A DNA stretch of 64,000 bases, from assembly GCA_963691875.1 (NCBI GenBank), contig OY829846.1:2208001-2272000 (forward strand), written 5' to 3'. Origin of the DNA: Aureliella sp. Its GTDB lineage: Bacteria > Planctomycetota > Planctomycetia > Pirellulales > Pirellulaceae. Of the stretch, positions 31,553 through 42,576 are shown piece after piece. The position numbers were made by a program, and so were the translations under genes. How positions within the stretch are numbered: position 1 is the stretch's first letter; each line of letters begins with the position of its first letter. The notes under the pieces were generated by a model that made no database searches, had not been told where the DNA came from, and saw nothing but the letters and a program-made list of their open reading frames with translations.

Positions 31553-33643
31553 CTACTTACCGAACAACTCATCGGCAGCCAAGGCTCGAGAAAAGACAGC
31601 GATCTCATCGAGTCTGCCTTCCCAGTTATCCCTGTTATCGGCACGCCCACCGAAGAACCAAGTAGCGGGCAAGCGCGCCTGCCCAATAGGGATCGTGATC
31701 TCGGGGGAGCTCTCGCCAGCAAGGAAAACGGAAGCTTCACCGTCAGACACTCGAAGAGCAACACGAGCCCACTTCCATCGTGGAATGACTTGCTTGCCCG
31801 CCACTGGAGCCTTGTGGCCAACCTGCAGCAACAACTTACCAGCGCGATTCAGACCAAGATGCAATCCACTAGCACTGGTCGCACCATCTTGGTCGTTTGA
31901 AAGAAACCAACCAGTGACGTCGCGAACACCCAGTGGCATGCCATTCCAAATCGACATGAGGATAGTCTTCGAATCGCCTAAAGCGCCGCAGTCAAACTGC
32001 ATGCGACCTCCCGCGAAATGTGCACAGCGATTTTGCGCGCTGGCACTAAAACTCCCATTCGGTCCGTCGAGAAAGAAAACGACTCCTGGTTCATAGTAGG
32101 CGGAGAGGCCATGTGAAGATACGTCGCGTGCAACCGGCGGCGCGAACTCATTCATGCGCCAGTATGCGACCGGATGTAGATCGAGCAGACGAGCCGCTTC
32201 TTTCCCGGGTTCGTCTTCGTAGATTCTTCTGGGCTCACCGGTGACTTCCTCCAAGAGTTTTAGATCTGTCGCCACAATCTGCGGCTCCGCTCGTTCCTCG
32301 AGCCCTGCCGAGCGTGCAGCCCAAGTGTTGTAGCCTCCCAAGTGATGCTGCTCTGGTGGAGGAATATATCCTTCTCCACCATTGGCCAGTTCGATCACCA
32401 TGGTTTTCGCTCGCGGACTCTGCGATTTCAGCTTCAGGCCCGTCAGCGCGTAGGTTTCATTGGCGGTCGTGGTGATCGCAATGTCGCCGATGCGAATGGC
32501 TTGCAGCACCAATTCCGTACTCTGTCGTTGGTGCAGAATCACTTGTTCACGTGCGTAAACTTCCAGTTGATTCTTCGGCGCACGGTCTCCCATCCCCTCG
32601 ACGATCTGCTCGGCCCAATGAAGTCGCTGCGCATCGGGGACACGGTACTTAAGCCGCAACTCAGCTTGTGCCATCGCCAAATCAGCGTCCGGGGCATAGT
32701 CTATTGCTTCATATGCCTTTCTTGCGATCTCTAGCAATCCAACGGTGTATTGCTCGACGCTGCCGTCCGTTTCCGCTCGCGGCTGCATGTAATCTTTTTT
32801 CCAAATATCTCCGCTGCAACCATGCGACATAACGGCCACCACGTCAGAGTCCTTCTCGTTCGATAAGAATTCTTCTAGTTGCTGGCAATACAAGCCAAAG
32901 TAGTCAGCACTGATAGCTTTCTGACCACCAAAGTAGTGCATCGAGAAATTGCTCAGCACTGCAATTGGCTCGCCGGACAAAGTCTGAAATGCAATCAGAC
33001 TCAATTCTGGATCTTCCGGTCCTGTTGGTCCTGTGACGTCATCCAAGTTTTTGGCAGCGTGCATCGTTGCTCGCACCGTCGGATTCCCAAATGGGTCATT
33101 TCGCACGCGATCAGGTCGAAGAATCCATCGACGGAGGGCTGTAAAGTTGTCGGCTCGTGCACTTCCCCAACCGACCTTGGCCGGTTGCAAGCGTTTCTCA
33201 GCTGACAAAAGTGCTTCGGCAATTTTCTGCCTCAAAAGAGGAACATACGTCGGGTCTGGATCTGTTCCCAACGCCCCGTAACTAGAGGGAGCAGTGTGTG
33301 TGTGCGTCGCCGAAATCAGTATTCGATCTTCACTGAGCTCTCCGGAACTCGCCGCCAGCGTCTTCGCTTCGTCACAGAGCTGCCGAGCCAAAATGCAGCT
33401 GTCGACTACACAGATGCCAATTCGCTCCTTGCCATCATCCAGCACGATCGCACGCGCATGAATTCGAGTGGTGATAGTGTTGGCTCTATTGGGCAAAAAA
33501 CCGCCGTTTACCCAAACAGGCAATTGCGTCGGCGAGATATCAATCTTTGCTGCACCGACTCGGAGTTCTGCCTCGGCAATTTGCCCGAAGAAGCACAGAA
33601 TCGGAATCGTAAGGAGAGCAAGCAGACTTCGAAAACTCAGCAT
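31553..33643 (-). CDS. Neutral/alkaline ceramidase-like N-terminal domain + LamG-like C-terminal domain
   Basis: LRVGAAKIDISP, IHARAIVLDDG, ISATHTHTAP, NFSMH, ISADYFG, ELANG..GYIPP; tail PVAYWRMNE...GRLDEIAVFSRAL. Confidence 0.85.
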   Translation of the reverse strand: MLSFRSLLALLTIPILCFFGQIAEAELRVGAAKIDISPTQLPVWVNGGFLPNRANTITTRIHARAIVLDDGKERIGICVVDSCILARQLCDEAKTLAASSGELSEDRILISATHTHTAPSSYGALGTDPDPTYVPLLRQKIAEALLSAEKRLQPAKVGWGSARADNFTALRRWILRPDRVRNDPFGNPTVRATMHAAKNLDDVTGPTGPEDPELSLIAFQTLSGEPIAVLSNFSMHYFGGQKAISADYFGLYCQQLEEFLSNEKDSDVVAVMSHGCSGDIWKKDYMQPRAETDGSVEQYTVGLLEIARKAYEAIDYAPDADLAMAQAELRLKYRVPDAQRLHWAEQIVEGMGDRAPKNQLEVYAREQVILHQRQSTELVLQAIRIGDIAITTTANETYALTGLKLKSQSPRAKTMVIELANGGEGYIPPPEQHHLGGYNTWAARSAGLEERAEPQIVATDLKLLEEVTGEPRRIYEDEPGKEAARLLDLHPVAYWRMNEFAPPVARDVSSHGLSAYYEPGVVFFLDGPNGSFSASAQNRCAHFAGGRMQFDCGALGDSKTILMSIWNGMPLGVRDVTGWFLSNDQDGATSASGLHLGLNRAGKLLLQVGHKAPVAGKQVIPRWKWARVALRVSDGEASVFLAGESSPEITIPIGQARLPATWFFGGRADNRDNWEGRLDEIAVFSRALAADELFGK

Positions 33644-33737
33644 AGCACTCTCTCATTACCTAGATCTTCTGCCTGAGAAGTGGCGACCGATTAAGAGCAA
33701 ACCGGCGCCTTCATTGAAAACGCATCGATTGGACTGT

Positions 33738-35489
33738 CTACAGTTTGCTTTGCAAGAACTCGTGCACATCAGCCACTACACGATCTATCCAAGCTGCTTG
33801 ATTCCAATGCCCATGTTTCGCGTCTTCGTGGACGATCTGCTTTGCATAAACGCCGACTGACTTAAGTTTGGCCAAACTGGGTTCGTCTGCTGTCGGGTTG
33901 TCCTTGCTGCCGCGGATGAACAAGCTCGGTGGATCTTCGGCATCGATTTTTAGGTAAGCATCCGCTAGCTCGTATAGCTTCTTATCTTCGTTGATGTTCT
34001 TGCCCAACCAGTTGATCGCATTGGAACTACTGCCAGCCACAGATTTCTCTGCGACGCTGCCCGAAGCAATTTCCATAGGCCCAGCTAGAACAACTGCAGC
34101 ATTGAGTTGCGCCGAAAGAGCTGGCGGAGCAATCTCGCGACCATACCCTGAAATTTCGCCCTTTGCTTGCAGAGCTTTCACATCGGCCCCCGTAGCCATC
34201 AGGCCGACTAAATGGCCCCCAGCTGATCCACCAACAGCGGCAATTCGATCAGGATCGATGTTAAGAGCGGCCGCGTTGGAACGCAGAAACCGGACTGCAG
34301 CGGTGCAATCATGAATCGCTGCTGGAAACTTTGCTTCAAAGCCAAGTCGGTATTCGATCGACATCACGACATAGCCAAGCTCAGCAAGCTTGATCGATAG
34401 CGGCCGGAACTTCGTCTTGTCCCCTTTGAGCCAACCACCGCCGTGAACCACAATGATCGCCGGACGGCCGGCTTCATCGCTCTCAAGATGCAAAATATCG
34501 CAGAGCAGCTTGCGGTGACCTTCTCTGTAATAGACGTAGTTCTGCTCGACGGACATGCCTTCTGGAATTCCGGTAGATGGTCTGCCCTCTGGATTGGCGA
34601 GCTTTCCCTTGGAGGGCGGAGTAGGTTGAACTCCGTATGCCAACATGGGCTGGCGCACGACACCACCAAATGTGCTGATGTAAAGGTCCTGACCACTTGG
34701 ACCGCCGAAGTTGCAGTTGATGGGTCGCTCTGGCGTCTCGAATTGATCTAGCAAGTCGCCTTTTGCATTCCAGATCCAAACAGCTTTTGCACCCGCACAG
34801 TAGACATTGCCAGCTCGATCGATGCACATTCCGTCCGACTGGGGACCTTTCTCGCCCCCCGTCATCGTGGCAAACTCCACGGCCGGATCCACTCGATCTT
34901 GTCCCACATTCGCGGAATAGATCTTGCCACCTTTGTAAGAGGAGAAATACAACGTGCTGCCATCAGGCGAGACGGTGATCCCATTCGGCGTGTTAATACC
35001 CGAGACCGCAACAGAGACGCTTCCCTCGGGCGTGATCCGTCGTACTTCGCCCTCCTTGGTGCAAGTGACATAGACGTTGCCGCGATGATCGACGACTAAG
35101 TCATTCGGCCTAGCTCCATCGTTAAAAGTCACCCAAGGTTTGGGCTTGCCCCAGCCATTGGACTTGCAGATCCGCCCAGCTGCATTCTCGGCCAAATACA
35201 ATTCGCCCAGCTGGAAAAACGTGCCAGAGTACCCCGCTCCCTTGGCGACCGACTTCCAAGGCTGTTGATCGCCCTTGGCGTTGGTCCGGTACGTGAAGAG
35301 TTCTTTGCCTTTGACGTCGGGTACGAAGACTGTACTTCCACTGGCAGCCCCGCCATCAGCCAATCCAAATTCTTGCGTGAGTTTTGCAAAGGGCTTTGAT
35401 CGATCGACGGGTGATTTCTGCGCGGTGGCAGAAACACCTGGACAGTTCAACAGAACAATAGCAAAAAACGTGCGAATCCAAGGTTTCAT
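33738..35489 (-). CDS. SMP-30/gluconolactonase propeller fused to an HGGG-type alpha/beta esterase
   Basis: RPNDLVVD, PNGITVSPDG, SDGMCID, NCNFGG; VHGGGW, GGSAGGHL, D and H. Confidence 0.88.
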   Translation of the reverse strand: MKPWIRTFFAIVLLNCPGVSATAQKSPVDRSKPFAKLTQEFGLADGGAASGSTVFVPDVKGKELFTYRTNAKGDQQPWKSVAKGAGYSGTFFQLGELYLAENAAGRICKSNGWGKPKPWVTFNDGARPNDLVVDHRGNVYVTCTKEGEVRRITPEGSVSVAVSGINTPNGITVSPDGSTLYFSSYKGGKIYSANVGQDRVDPAVEFATMTGGEKGPQSDGMCIDRAGNVYCAGAKAVWIWNAKGDLLDQFETPERPINCNFGGPSGQDLYISTFGGVVRQPMLAYGVQPTPPSKGKLANPEGRPSTGIPEGMSVEQNYVYYREGHRKLLCDILHLESDEAGRPAIIVVHGGGWLKGDKTKFRPLSIKLAELGYVVMSIEYRLGFEAKFPAAIHDCTAAVRFLRSNAAALNIDPDRIAAVGGSAGGHLVGLMATGADVKALQAKGEISGYGREIAPPALSAQLNAAVVLAGPMEIASGSVAEKSVAGSSSNAINWLGKNINEDKKLYELADAYLKIDAEDPPSLFIRGSKDNPTADEPSLAKLKSVGVYAKQIVHEDAKHGHWNQAAWIDRVVADVHEFLQSKL

Positions 35490-35560
35490 ATCTGGCTCCC
35501 GAGGCGAGGGATTGGAGGGGAGAGGGTAAGCCATAGCCATTGGCTAAAGTAAAAGGGAAA

Positions 35561-36373
35561 CTATTTTTTCGGTGAAGGCAATCGAACCAAATGCACAGCT
35601 CGGACATCCATCAATGCTTTGTTAGCGAGCTTAGTAGGCTCGATCTTCAGTTCCTGAAGGCCTACGTCCAAATCCACGACGCCGATTGTTCGCCACTGGA
35701 AATTCTGAAAGTGCCCCGTTTCCAAGACCTGGAAATCGACGACAGCATTCGCATTTTCTGATTCGACGCTGAAAATACTAATCCTAGCATCGGATCCACC
35801 TTGCCCCTTCCCACAGCCTTGCAGGATCGCCACATTGAACTTGCCAGCGGTTTCTACATTTATGGTCCAGCTGGCAAAGTCGTTCTTTCCAACCCAATAG
35901 CCCACCGTGTTTTTGTAACTTTGTGGTTCGTAGCGTATCTTCTCGCCTTTGGCGGTCGCCATGTGTGCCGGAAGCAAATAGGAGCCATCCGTTTGCGAGG
36001 TGATCGGTTTCGTCTCGCTGGGCAGCAAGGGCTTAGAACCAAAGGTCATCACAATCGTGTCGGCACCTTCGGGACGGTTTGACCACTTGACAATCCAATA
36101 CTCCTGCTCAGGACGTACCGAGATGTTCGATTGCTTGGTTCCTTTCCAAGTAGCGTTGCGTAGAGCAGCGGAAAGCCGAGGAATGTTGAGTGTCTTTAGT
36201 TTCACGTCCGTCAGTTTCAGCTCCACCGTCAATTCACCGCGTAATGCGGAGACTCCGGCAGAATCTACCGGAGTGAAAGGCTCTAGTTCGTCGGCCTGCG
36301 ATATTCCTGAAGTAGAGGTGCTGATGGCAAGCAAAATTGCTAGCAAGAGAAAAAATGGCGTCACAAAACGCAT
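35561..36373 (-). CDS. Secreted protein with carbohydrate-binding-like beta-sandwich
   Basis: Signal peptide; YEPQSYKNTVGYW, QGCGKGQGGS, ETGHFQNF. Confidence 0.75.
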   Translation of the reverse strand: MRFVTPFFLLLAILLAISTSTSGISQADELEPFTPVDSAGVSALRGELTVELKLTDVKLKTLNIPRLSAALRNATWKGTKQSNISVRPEQEYWIVKWSNRPEGADTIVMTFGSKPLLPSETKPITSQTDGSYLLPAHMATAKGEKIRYEPQSYKNTVGYWVGKNDFASWTINVETAGKFNVAILQGCGKGQGGSDARISIFSVESENANAVVDFQVLETGHFQNFQWRTIGVVDLDVGLQELKIEPTKLANKALMDVRAVHLVRLPSPKK

Positions 36374-36523
36374 ATTGCTGTTTCCGAACTGAGTAGCGAG
36401 AGGGGCAGGGCGGACGCAAGCATGCTCAGCGAAGGAGATGCTCGACTGACTTAAAATGTTATCACCCGGTCGGCCCGCTATCCAGCATATTCATGGCTGA
36501 TTCGTCAGCATTAGAACTGGGAA

Positions 36524-37378
36524 CTACGAACCGGCTTTGACTTTGCGGCGACGCATGTTGAAAAGTTCCACTAGGAAGGAGAAGCTCATTGCGCAGTAGA
36601 TGTAGCCTTTGCTGATCGGCGTACCGATGCCTTCAGCACAAAGCATCACTCCGATCAGCAGCAGGAAGGCGAGAGCAAGCATCTTGATACTTGGATTGCA
36701 GTCTACAAACGTGCCCACTTGATCAGCAAACCAGATCATCACTCCCACGGCCAAGATCACGGCAGCCACCATCACCCAGAGCTGATCCGCCATCCCGACT
36801 GCGGTGATGACACTATCGAGTGAGAAAATCACATCCATGATCGCGATCTGAACAATGACTCGGGAAAAAGTCACTTGTTTCGTGTTTGCGTCGCCCGAGT
36901 GTTCAGGATCTTCCTCCACCTCGTGGTGAATTTCACGAACACTACTGTAGATCAGAAACAGGCCACCGAAAAGCAAGATTAAGTCCCGCACAGAGATCTC
37001 GTTGAATTCATCCCAGGCATGTTGGTCGAACTCAGCCTCTTCCTCTACTGGCATCGACTCGTCCATACCCGGCAACGCAAAGGCATGCTCCACTCTCTGC
37101 TCTTCGGACTCTTCGTAGTAGTAAGCCTTCAGTCCATCAGCAGGTGCGAACACGTCGGTCACTTTGAAGATCGGCGTGGTCAAGTGCACGATCCAGAAGA
37201 TTCCGCATAACAAAACGAGCCGCGTACCGAGTGCGAGTAGTAGCCCCCAGCGCCGACCGGCACTTTGCTGTTCAGGTGGCAACTTCCCCGTAGCGACAGA
37301 GATAAAAACAATGTTGTCGATACCCAAAACGATTTCCATGAGGCTCAAAGCGATCAAGGCAACAATGGCTTCAAACAT
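36524..37378 (-). CDS. TerC family membrane protein
   Basis: MEIVLGIDNIVFI, RDLILLFGGLFL, QIAIMDVIFSLDSVITAVG, KGYIYCAMSFS. Confidence 0.93.
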   Translation of the reverse strand: MFEAIVALIALSLMEIVLGIDNIVFISVATGKLPPEQQSAGRRWGLLLALGTRLVLLCGIFWIVHLTTPIFKVTDVFAPADGLKAYYYEESEEQRVEHAFALPGMDESMPVEEEAEFDQHAWDEFNEISVRDLILLFGGLFLIYSSVREIHHEVEEDPEHSGDANTKQVTFSRVIVQIAIMDVIFSLDSVITAVGMADQLWVMVAAVILAVGVMIWFADQVGTFVDCNPSIKMLALAFLLLIGVMLCAEGIGTPISKGYIYCAMSFSFLVELFNMRRRKVKAGS

Positions 37379-37430
37379 AGGAAATTTAATCTCTTAGTAA
37401 TCGAAAACTGGAATGCAGACCTGCAGGCAA

Positions 37431-38183
37431 CTAGCTCAGCAACGGGGCGAGCAAACTATAGAGTGCCATCGCGATCAACACGATGTAGCTAATCGGTCGA
37501 AGCCAATCATCACCCAACTTTGAGCCGATTCGTAGCCCGACTGCAGCGCCGATCAATACAAGAGGCAAGGCAATGCAAGCAACGACAACCGCTCGCCAAA
37601 CCTCATGCCCAAACTTCCACCAAAGTAGCAGAATCTGCGGCGCAAAGTTACCGATATACATGGTGAACAAAAAAGCACGAGCTCGATCTGCAGCAAACTT
37701 CTGGCCGTGGACCCAAAGCACCATCGGTGGACCACTGATGCCAGAGAGCCCTTGCAGGATACCGCTACCGCCAAAGGTGATCGTAACCCAGTACCAACGT
37801 GCGGCGTTCTTCCAATCTATTCCAACGAAGGCCTGCGAAACGACGGCGAGCAGAATCATCAAGGCAACGAACTGGTTGATACTCTCACTCGACCAAGTCA
37901 CTACGTAAGTCAGACCAACAATACCAATTGGCATGGCCAGAATCCGAAGCGAAGCAGGCGCGGCAACTTCTCGAAACGTGATACTCTCACGCAGTTTCCA
38001 CAGCCCGAATACGTTCTGCGGAAACATGGCTGTGATGATCATGAGTTGAGCTGTTACAAAATCATTGCCTGCCCAAAGTAGAAGAGGCATGGCAAACATC
38101 GCCGCAGCGAATCCAACAGCGGCTTGAATTGTCGCGGCTGCAGCGAGAATCAGAACTGACCACAGTACCGGAGTGTCAGCCAA
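37431..38183 (-). CDS. TSUP (TauE/SafE) family transporter
   Basis: IQAAVGFAAAMFAMP, GILQGLSGISGPP, multiple TMs. Confidence 0.85.
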   Translation of the reverse strand: MADTPVLWSVLILAAAATIQAAVGFAAAMFAMPLLLWAGNDFVTAQLMIITAMFPQNVFGLWKLRESITFREVAAPASLRILAMPIGIVGLTYVVTWSSESINQFVALMILLAVVSQAFVGIDWKNAARWYWVTITFGGSGILQGLSGISGPPMVLWVHGQKFAADRARAFLFTMYIGNFAPQILLLWWKFGHEVWRAVVVACIALPLVLIGAAVGLRIGSKLGDDWLRPISYIVLIAMALYSLLAPLLS

Positions 38184-38396
38184 ATATGCTTGCAGTTCTG
38201 CGATCTCAACCTCCTTGATTTCCTGTATTGGGACTCGCCAGAATTCCGTCCCATACTGGCCCTCACAAGCTTGCTAAAACCCTCTGAGGGATTCATGAAA
38301 AGGGAAGAGCCAAAAGGCTTAACGACGAGAATGCTGGCGAATCCCACTTCAGGAATGAATCCTGAAAAGTTCCGCTAAGAGGTGTTCCTGAAACAC

Positions 38397-39275
38397 CTAT
38401 TGCTTGATCTCAAACAACTCTGTCAGCTCGCCATCTAGACTTAGCTGAAAGACTTTCCGAGCCTTGGGATCTGCAACCAGCAGACCGTCTTTGTATGCCG
38501 TTATGCCAACTGGTCCCGCCAAGGGTTCACCAGAAATAAGCTTCACCGGCTCAGCACCAGCGGTTACTTTCCAAACAGCTTTGGCGTAGCCATCAGTAAC
38601 GTATGCGTTCCCATCTTCGTCAAAGACTATTTGATGCGGAAACTGGAACTTACGATCGGCCACGACCGCTTCTACCTTGCCGGAATCGTCAACGATTTGT
38701 AGCTGAGCCTTTTGTTGCGACACCACCCAGACCTTGCCATCGGCGCCAATGCCAACTCCACGCGGATTGACTGCGGCGAGTTCCTTGGGTTCTTGGCTAC
38801 CAGCTTCTATTTTAAAAAGGCGTCGCAACTCGAGGTCTGCGATATATAGACTCCCATCTTTGGCAACTGCGATGTCCATTGGCATACCGATCTTGCCACC
38901 GGTGATCGGCTCTGCTTTGTCCTGAGTCACTTTGTAAATATCGCGTGTGGAAGTATCCGCGACGAGAACTTCGCCTTCGGAACCAATGGCGATAGCGCGA
39001 GCCGCATTGAGCGGGGTGCGGTACTTCGGTGAGCCTTGGAAGAACACTGAAAGTGCTCCGTCTTTCCACTTCCAGACTCCCGGCAGATAGCGATCAACCA
39101 CGTAGATCGTGCCATCCTCAGCCGCCGCCACATCCAAAGGGTAAGGAGGCATCTTGCCCTGCCCGTTCGCCTTCTGGGCTTGCAAGAGCAGAATCGACAA
39201 GATCGAAAGAAAAATCAGAGCCAAGTGTTGTCTGAGAACGAAAAGTGCGTGAGGAACAGGGAGGGAGTGCATCAA
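38397..39275 (-). CDS. NHL-repeat beta-propeller protein
   Basis: Repeats PLDVAAAEDGTIYVVD, PMDIAVAKDGSLYIAD, PHQIVFDEDGNAYVTD. Confidence 0.88.
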   Translation of the reverse strand: MMHSLPVPHALFVLRQHLALIFLSILSILLLQAQKANGQGKMPPYPLDVAAAEDGTIYVVDRYLPGVWKWKDGALSVFFQGSPKYRTPLNAARAIAIGSEGEVLVADTSTRDIYKVTQDKAEPITGGKIGMPMDIAVAKDGSLYIADLELRRLFKIEAGSQEPKELAAVNPRGVGIGADGKVWVVSQQKAQLQIVDDSGKVEAVVADRKFQFPHQIVFDEDGNAYVTDGYAKAVWKVTAGAEPVKLISGEPLAGPVGITAYKDGLLVADPKARKVFQLSLDGELTELFEIKQ

Positions 39276-39599
39276 TCGTAACCAAGCAAAAGTGCGGGAA
39301 AGATGAGGTCAGAGACTGGTCGAACGTGATCTTTGACCTCGACACTATCGTAGACTGATTGTTGGGCCATGTCAGGAGCGCTGCCCAAGACCAAGATGGA
39401 ATCGCCGGCTGGCAAGGCGTTTCACATCCGAGATGCGGAAGCGATTGAGGTTTTCCGCTTGAACACACGGACTGGTCGCGAGGCCGGGCGTTTTCCGCAT
39501 CCTTACTTGAGCTTCCGAAAATCTGCGCCAACTGAATAATGTATCGCCGGCAGCAAAGCATGTTGCCAAGCAACTCAACCGAGAGGAATCTACCAGCCT

Positions 39600-40739
39600 A
39601 TGTCCATCCAGCGCAATCCATCTCGTAGTGTGCGAATTGGTAGCATCAGCGTCGGTGCAGAACATCCAATTGCAATCCAAAGCATGACTGCCACTCACAC
39701 TCAAGACATTGACGCGACGGTGGCCCAAGTAAACGACTTGCACGCAGCCGGAGCTGACGTGGTACGCATTGCGGTCGATAGTGGCAAAGACGCGGAAGCC
39801 CTGGCCGAAATTCGCAGGCAGACGGAAGCCAATCTGTCTGTCGACTTGCAGGAAAGCTATCGCCTTGCCGAGAAGGTCGCGCCTCACGTCGATAAAGTGC
39901 GTTACAACCCTGGGCATTTGTACCATCACGAGAAAACCCGTCCTTGGCAAGACAAGGTGCGTTATCTGGCCGAAGTGGCGAGTGACAATGACTGCGCGAT
40001 ACGCATTGGCGTCAACTGCGGCAGCGTCGACCCGGAGAAGAAAGCTCAGTTCGCCCCCGAAGACGAAATCGGCCCAATCCTGCAGAGTGGCATTGAGCAC
40101 TGCGAGCACCTGGAGAGCCTAGGTTTTGAGCGTTTCGTTGTCAGCATGAAGGATAGCGACCCTGCAACCGTGGTGAAGATCAATCAAGCCTTTGCCGAAA
40201 AGCGACCTGATGTACCGCTACACCTAGGAGTCACCGAAGCTGGCTTGCCACCCGATGGGATCATCAAGACTCGTATCGCCTTCGAGCAACTGATTGGACG
40301 CGGGATTGGTGACACAATTCGTGTTTCGCTAACTGTACCCAACCCTCGCAAACCCGAAGAGATCCAAGCGGGGCGAGAAATCATCGACGACATCTATTCG
40401 GGACGCCTGCGCAGTGTAGTAGCCTTGGACCCAACAGCACTGAACATTATCTCTTGTCCAAGTTGTTCACGGGTCGAGAACGAAGCCTTTGTGGAGCTCG
40501 CGCAAGACGTAAAAGAAATGACAACTTACGCGAAAGAGCATGCAATCACGATTGCCGTGATGGGCTGTCGCGTTAATGGGCCAGGCGAGACCGACGAAGC
40601 CGACCTCGGACTCTGGTGCGGTCCCAATCGAGTGAACCTGAAAAAGGGCGAGGAGTCATTGGGCTCGTATCCCTACGATGAAATCCTTGGGAAGTTGAAA
40701 GAAGAACTCGACAAGCTCATCACAGCGCAAACGGCCTAA
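39600..40739 (+). CDS. ispG: (E)-4-hydroxy-3-methylbut-2-enyl-diphosphate synthase
   Basis: [59 protein letters not shown]. Confidence 0.97.
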   Translation: MSIQRNPSRSVRIGSISVGAEHPIAIQSMTATHTQDIDATVAQVNDLHAAGADVVRIAVDSGKDAEALAEIRRQTEANLSVDLQESYRLAEKVAPHVDKVRYNPGHLYHHEKTRPWQDKVRYLAEVASDNDCAIRIGVNCGSVDPEKKAQFAPEDEIGPILQSGIEHCEHLESLGFERFVVSMKDSDPATVVKINQAFAEKRPDVPLHLGVTEAGLPPDGIIKTRIAFEQLIGRGIGDTIRVSLTVPNPRKPEEIQAGREIIDDIYSGRLRSVVALDPTALNIISCPSCSRVENEAFVELAQDVKEMTTYAKEHAITIAVMGCRVNGPGETDEADLGLWCGPNRVNLKKGEESLGSYPYDEILGKLKEELDKLITAQTA

Positions 40740-40814
40740 CAGATTGGCCAGAATTCCTCGCTAAAAAGCAATCGCTACGGAACAATACAGGGTTTTCTGG
40801 CAAAATCTCTGAAG

Positions 40815-42413
40815 TCAAGTCTCTTCGATACTGCTTAGAATCCGATCGACGATGGCTTCATCTGTCGCCGGATTGAAGAACACCGCTTTCCAAGCCGGAA
40901 TTTCAATTCCAAAGGGCTTGTAGCCAAAGTTCGTGGTGAACCCTAACCTTGCGTCCGAGCGAGGGTCCATCATCTTTTCGCGTTTTTGCTGAGTGCTTTT
41001 CACTTCCGCAAAGTACCTTTCGCGTTCCTCTTTCGGCAAGTCGCCTGCGATTAACTTCTGATAGATCTCTTCGGCGTTGCGTCCCTTCGGCAAGACCCAC
41101 CAATCCACCGCGACGCCAACCGTATTGCGATTCAGAACTTTGCAATAATCAAGCTGCTCCAAGCCTTGTTTCAGTCGTTCCGCCAATTCGATTCCACGAG
41201 CTGTCAGCATTCGCCAGCCTTCCAGGCCGATAGCGTTCAGCGAAGCCATGACGATGTACGGGCCGAGGGCAGGTCGGGAGCACTCCAGTGTAAAGAGTGC
41301 TGGGTCTCGTCGAGCATCGGCCTCGGAGAAGTAAGGCGTGTCGGCAACGTCGCGCGCCAAATACTTTAGGTCCTCGCGGCGATTCACCAAAAAGGCGCTC
41401 GAAGGATAGTGCCCACGCCCCATCTTGTGAAAGTCGATCGTCACCGAATCGACACAACGCAAGCCTTCGCACTTCTGCTTCACGCGAGAAACGATGCCCA
41501 GCAACTCTTCAGTAAATTGCTGCGGATTCGCTTGTAGATCATAGTCAGCCAAGAAAGCCAGGGCCCAACCCACTGCTGCATCGACGTGCAGCTGCGGCGA
41601 AGGCTCGTTGTACTCCGCCGCCTTAGAATCAATTAACTCTCGAATGGCTGCGAGGTCGTCGATGCCAAAACCATCAGTCGTTCCAAAAGTCGCCGCCACA
41701 AAAGCGACTTTAGCCTTCTCTTGGTAGAGCTCGTCGAGTTTAGCTTCCATCAAGTCGAGGCGGACCGACAACTCGGAATCTGTCGGAATGGAAATCAGGT
41801 TATTGACTCCGATGCCCAGCCAGCCAGCAACAGTTCGATTGGAATAGTGACTTGCTTCGGAGCAAAGTCCGACAACACGTTGGCCACCGATTCCGTTCTG
41901 CATCGCGCCAGGAACGACGCGCTCCAACCCAATTTTGGCTCCATAGAGGTTTGAGATCGTGCCACCAATCGTGAACACACCCCACGGGTCTTGTGTATGG
42001 TAGAAGATCAGATTGGCGAGTGCCGTAACGGTTTTGACTTCTAATTCATTCGATCGTTGGCTGTAGCGATCCGTGCAAAGATTCGGATTTTTCAACAGGC
42101 AGGCGAATGCACCTACAAGCGAGGCTTGGTTTGCCGGGCCACGAACGTTCTCGACGTGCAGTGGACTGTTGAAGCTGTCCGTGCCCCAGAAGTAGGGAAA
42201 GACCGCATCGCGAGCATCCTTGAGGTTGCCGGGCAGTAAGTGGATTTCAGGATTTGCCTGCGCCGTCTCATAGTTTTGCGACATCGCGTGAGCGGGGTGC
42301 TGAGCATCTTCGGCAGCGGCAGCGCTGAGCAATTCCTCCAAAATGGGAACGATCGCTTCTTGATCCCACTGGAAGAAAGTCTTGACTAGCTTTTGGTACT
42401 CATCGCGCTGCAT
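40815..42413 (-). CDS. PLP-dependent decarboxylase (group II)
   Basis: GGTISNLYG, SHYS, ATFGTTD, HVDAAVG, SVTIDFHK (PLP lysine), TLECSR. Confidence 0.9.
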   Translation of the reverse strand: MQRDEYQKLVKTFFQWDQEAIVPILEELLSAAAAEDAQHPAHAMSQNYETAQANPEIHLLPGNLKDARDAVFPYFWGTDSFNSPLHVENVRGPANQASLVGAFACLLKNPNLCTDRYSQRSNELEVKTVTALANLIFYHTQDPWGVFTIGGTISNLYGAKIGLERVVPGAMQNGIGGQRVVGLCSEASHYSNRTVAGWLGIGVNNLISIPTDSELSVRLDLMEAKLDELYQEKAKVAFVAATFGTTDGFGIDDLAAIRELIDSKAAEYNEPSPQLHVDAAVGWALAFLADYDLQANPQQFTEELLGIVSRVKQKCEGLRCVDSVTIDFHKMGRGHYPSSAFLVNRREDLKYLARDVADTPYFSEADARRDPALFTLECSRPALGPYIVMASLNAIGLEGWRMLTARGIELAERLKQGLEQLDYCKVLNRNTVGVAVDWWVLPKGRNAEEIYQKLIAGDLPKEERERYFAEVKSTQQKREKMMDPRSDARLGFTTNFGYKPFGIEIPAWKAVFFNPATDEAIVDRILSSIEET

Positions 42414-42576
42414 GGGGTCCTCTTCGTCTGCAATGCAGATATCGTCTTTCGACTTTCGCAAAGTCGCCTGAGCCTGATAATGTCGGAATTAAGCTGACTC
42501 CTGTTCGGCACCGCGGGTAACAGGCGGCTGAATTCCTGACTTATCGATCATCTTGCCACATTTATCATTGTTGACA

